From the NCBI GenBank assembly GCA_965287045.1, contig OZ336887.1:10788001-10852000 (forward strand): a stretch of 64,000 bases of DNA, read 5' to 3'. Under the pieces are notes generated by a model. That model did not search any database and was not told the origin of the DNA. It saw nothing but the letters and a program-made list of their open reading frames with translations. The DNA comes from Carcharhinus amblyrhynchos (taxonomy: Eukaryota). A program made the translations under genes and the position numbers. Positions 60,003 to 64,000 of this stretch are shown piece after piece. Every line of letters begins with the position of its first letter. Position 1 is the first letter of the stretch.

Positions 60003-61744
60003 GTAAGCTGCTCTGTTGTCAAGGTTAGGCTACATGGTGTCTTTGCCCACACCCTGAAATTGCAACTAAAGCAACGTCCTCCAATTGTCTCGAATCAGGG
60101 CTGCAGGATTCTGACTGCAATCTGGCTTTTCCAGCCTTGGTTATCGTGACTGAAATAAGGGAGCCAATACTGAGCTGGAACTAGAAATGAATGCTTTGTG
60201 CTTTCACAGAGAGTAATCAGGGGCTGTGAAAGTGCATCTTCTTCAAACAAGCATGTGTAATTGGATGCTCAATTTTGGAGCTAAGATGCATGCATACGCA
60301 TCTTGAATAATATTAAGTCACAAGTTTATGCTGAAAGAGATAGAGAAGAAAGTTTGCCTCTGGGATTCATAGATCTGGTGGAAAGTAGAAGTAATCTGCG
60401 CTTCATTGTAATTTGACTCTCATTGACTGGATATTTATTTATTTTCCTCCCTTTTGTCCATTTGTGCTATGACTGTAAATCAGGCGTTGGTATGAAATGT
60501 GATAAAACCAGGCTAAAGGTTTGAATTAACTCCAGTGCAAAAACATCTGGGATTTGAAAGTATTAAATACTAATAACGGCTGAGAAGGCTTTCTTCTCCA
60601 GTGATGGACAGCCGTGGGAAGGAAGCAAGAGGGGAAAAAAGTGGGCTTTGATATAATACAGATGCCAGTCTGTGTTATTTACTGACTAATATATTTAATG
60701 GGGTTTAACTTGATTATATAATTTGTCTTTGTCAAGGATTGGAAATTGCTTTTAATTCCTGGAATAGAATATTCTATACAGCTTTTATACAGATGTTTTA
60801 ATCATAATGCCCTCTCATAAAAGCTCAAAGGAACTTTAGAGTAGTGTAAAGCTCTTCTAAATTCAAATTCAGAGTGATGCAAAACGCTATATTCTTACAG
60901 CATTATTCAAATACCAAAATCTTCAAACATTTGGCTGGATTTTGTCTGCGAATCTCCTGTTCGGCTTCTAGCTTTCTGGTAATAGCTCAGACCCAGGTCA
61001 ACTGTCCTGCTAAAGCTCATAAATCTGGTTATTTAATAAGACAGGCCTCTCTCTGCAATCCCTATAGCTTTTGACATTTTGCAGCCAATTCAATTTCGCG
61101 ATTAGTTTCTGAAGCAAATTAATCCTGGGATGAATCAGAGTTTGGCACAAGCTTGGAGTCATTATGTAAATGGTTGTGTTTAAGATTGGGCACTTTTGTA
61201 TAAAAAAAACCCCTCCATTATACTCTGACAGGGCGGAATGGCAAAGCGATGTATTCATAGCTGTCTGGGCTTTCATATTGCTTGGAAGGAATGAGATGGA
61301 GGCAAAATGTAGTCGGCTGGCAAAAACATTGCTAATGCTATTACACTTCAGAAGGTGGAGTGAGAGGGGGCTGATGCTGAACTTTCAGGTTCCGTTTTCT
61401 CGGTGCTTTTTCAATTGTTTCAGATGGATGACAAACATCCATTTCTTAATGTTTAATAAAAGTAGAGAATGCTGCAAATGTGCAGCAGAACCCAGACCTC
61501 ATCCGTCACGATTAAAGACAGGTTAACAGATGGGAAACCTGAGCTGAATTTCCTCCCTGCTAGCCTGGGTTACTTGTGAAATATTAACCATTCTTTTTCT
61601 CTCCGTGCAGATGTTGACTGACTTGTGTGTTTCTAACATTTTCTCTTTTAATTTCAGATCTCCAGCAATTCCAATTCAATTAGAATAGTTTTTTGTTCAT
61701 TCCCCTAATATCCTCTTTTGAAGTTGGAGACTGGTATTGTGAAA

Positions 61745-62205
61745 TATTCATTCATTCATTTGTAGGACATGGATGTTGCTGGCTGGCCAGTATTTATTAC
61801 CCATCCCTAGTTGCCTGAGGACAGTTGAGAGTCAGCCACATTACTGTGGCTCTGGAGCATTAGCTGAGTTTCTGGATTAATAGTCCAGCAATAATACTAT
61901 TAGGCCATCGCCTATAATCTTCCAACTTTTTTATTAGTGTCACAAGTAGGCTTACGTTAACACTGCAATGAAGTCACTGCGAAAATCCCCTAGTCACCAT
62001 ATTCTGGTGTGTGTTTGGATACAGTGAAAGAGAATTTAACATGACCAATGCACCTAACCAGCACGTCTTTCAGGATAGGGGAGGAAACCCACACAGACAC
62101 GGGGAGAATGTGCAGACTCCACAGACAGTGACCCAAGTCAGGACTTGAAGTTGGGTCCCTGGCGCTGTGAGGCAGCAGTGCTAACCATTGTGCCACTGTG
62201 TCGCC
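61745..62205 (-). mobile_element. SINE C remnant (61745-61912) and V-SINE tail B (61925-62205)
   Basis: Reverse-complement motif matches. Confidence 0.8.
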
Positions 62206-63059
62206 CCTTGGAGGCAAGAGAGCAAACAGCTGAACTGACAAGAAGTGAGAGTTTAATCTTCCTGCAGTTTGGAAATACCTGCTGCCCTTCCATCATATGG
62301 CACTGTTACAGCCATGGTGTGCGCCACATGGGTAGGTACAGCACCATGAGCACTACAGTGGAACCCAACACTTTGAGTGCCAGCCTGAGATTAAAAGCCT
62401 GTGACTTGTTAAGTGAGCAATGGTCACCCAATCTGCTTCTTTTGAATGTGAATGTGTGAATTGTGAATGGTTTCATCATTTCTTCCCTGCTTCGAATCAC
62501 TCCTGGGGAACGGAATGAAGCCATCTCTCCTATATTACAGCATTCATTTTTTTAACTTCTTTTTTGGAAGATGCAGCGTGCCCTTTCAGGCTTAATCTTG
62601 TATTTCTGATGTGCCAGAAGACTTTAATGAGTATGGTGTCACAGATGTTTTAAATTCCTCTACGCTCAGGCATTTAAAGGAGTGTGGATTTGCCTGCTAC
62701 GGTAATGGTTTTAATTTAAATGTATGAAGGCCCAGTGCCGACACCCAACGTCAAAGGCACTTGTCAAAGCCTCTCTGAGGCTCCCATTAGTATTCTACAC
62801 AGACAGAGTCTCGACCTTCCCAAAGTCATCTAATTTCTTGGGATGTATCTCGAGCTGTGTTGATCTTGTCTCTGACACATAGTAGGCGTTATGTAGAACG
62901 GCAGCCAGGGTAAGTAGGAAGGCTACATACTGCAGAGGCTGGAAAGCTGAAATTTAAACAGGAAAGGTGGGAAATACTCAGCAGGCTAGGAAGCATCTGT
63001 GAAGGAAAAGGGTTAACCAGTGAGATTTCTGTCAGAGCCGGAAAGGTTTGTAATAGGTT

Positions 63060-63310
63060 TTACAGAATCACAGAATTGTTACAGTGCAGAAGGAGGGCAT
63101 TTGGCCCATCTTTTTTGCACCAGTTCTCCAAATGAGCATTGTAAATTAGTGCTGTTCCCCTGCCTTTTCCCCGTGCCCCTGCGCATTGTTTCTATTTAAG
63201 TCATTACCTGATGCCCTCTTTAAATGCCTCGATTGAACCTGCCTCCGGCACACTTCCGGGCAGGCCATTCCAGACCCCAACCACTCACAAAAAGATTTTT
63301 TCCTCACATC
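63060..63310 (-). mobile_element. CR1 3' end
   Basis: CACAGAATCACAGAAT tail and reverse complement of VWN.LP..V.EAGSI.AFK. Confidence 0.7.
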
Positions 63311-63644
63311 ACATTTAGGCGAGTGTTTGGGAGGGAAAGAGGGAGGGGAAGAAAGAACTAAAGAGAAGGTCTGATAGGTGGAAGGCAGGAGGGATTAAAC
63401 GGTAAGAGGGAATGATTTTGGGACAAAGAAAGATGCAAGAGATACGCCTCGAGAAGCTGGAAATGAAAGAACAGAATCATTTTCCGCAACAGCTGCCTGA
63501 AAAGGTGGGAGCAGTGGTTATGATCCCGAAGTGTTCAACTCAGTAGGCAGGTGTGTCTGTCCCCTGGAAGATGCAGCAGGACATTGAAATTGCTGTTCAC
63601 TTTGGCGAGTCTGTAATATCCCACCGGGTGGGAAAGGCTGTAAA

Positions 63645-63972
63645 ATCATCATAGAATCCTTACAGCGCAGAAGCTGCCATCCGGCCCATCGAGAGTGTAC
63701 TGACTCGCTGACACAGTATCTTACCCAGGCCCTCTCCCCTGCCATCCCATGCATTTCCCATGACCAATCCATCTAACCTACACATCTTGAAACATTAAGT
63801 GGCAATTTAGCGTGGCCAATCCATCTAACCTGCACATCTTTGGACTGTGGGGGGAAAGCAGAGCACCCGGGGGAAACCCACGCAGACACGGGGAGAACGT
63901 GCATACTCCACACAGACAGCGATCTGAGGCTGGAATCAAACCCAGAACCTTAATCACTGTGCCACCGTGCTA
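63645..63972 (-). mobile_element. HE1-like V-SINE, tail A
   Basis: CATAGAATCC tail through GCCACCGTGCTACC head. Confidence 0.9.
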
Positions 63973-64000
63973 CCTGACCAATTAGATGATTATTTGAATA

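Overview
Repeat-dominated eukaryotic DNA. The repeat families (HE1-like V-SINEs, HER1/CR1 LINEs, Deu-SINEs, Penelope pLTRs, Rex1/Babar, Tx1, Harbinger MITEs) point to a cartilaginous fish, most likely a shark; this is inferred from family resemblance, not a database search. I recognise no host protein-coding gene. The long ORFs (15411-17627, 18268-19107, 39845-40924) are LINE reverse transcriptases, and nearly all short ORFs are spurious or TE-derived. Main points: (1) an apparently intact minimal type-I hammerhead ribozyme in a TSD-flanked Penelope insertion at about 56.9 kb, plus degenerate hammerheads from two other Penelope-like families; (2) a decayed minus-strand Gypsy-like element at about 55.1-57.85 kb whose aspartic protease runs in frame into a long acidic Ser/Pro/Glu-rich region rather than RT/integrase; (3) one V-SINE head/core with three different LINE-like 3' tails; (4) four young, near-identical CR1 copies within about 17 kb, one inverted; (5) an RFX X-box plus GC-box promoter-like site and a few weak candidate exons. 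Boundaries of old repeats are approximate.
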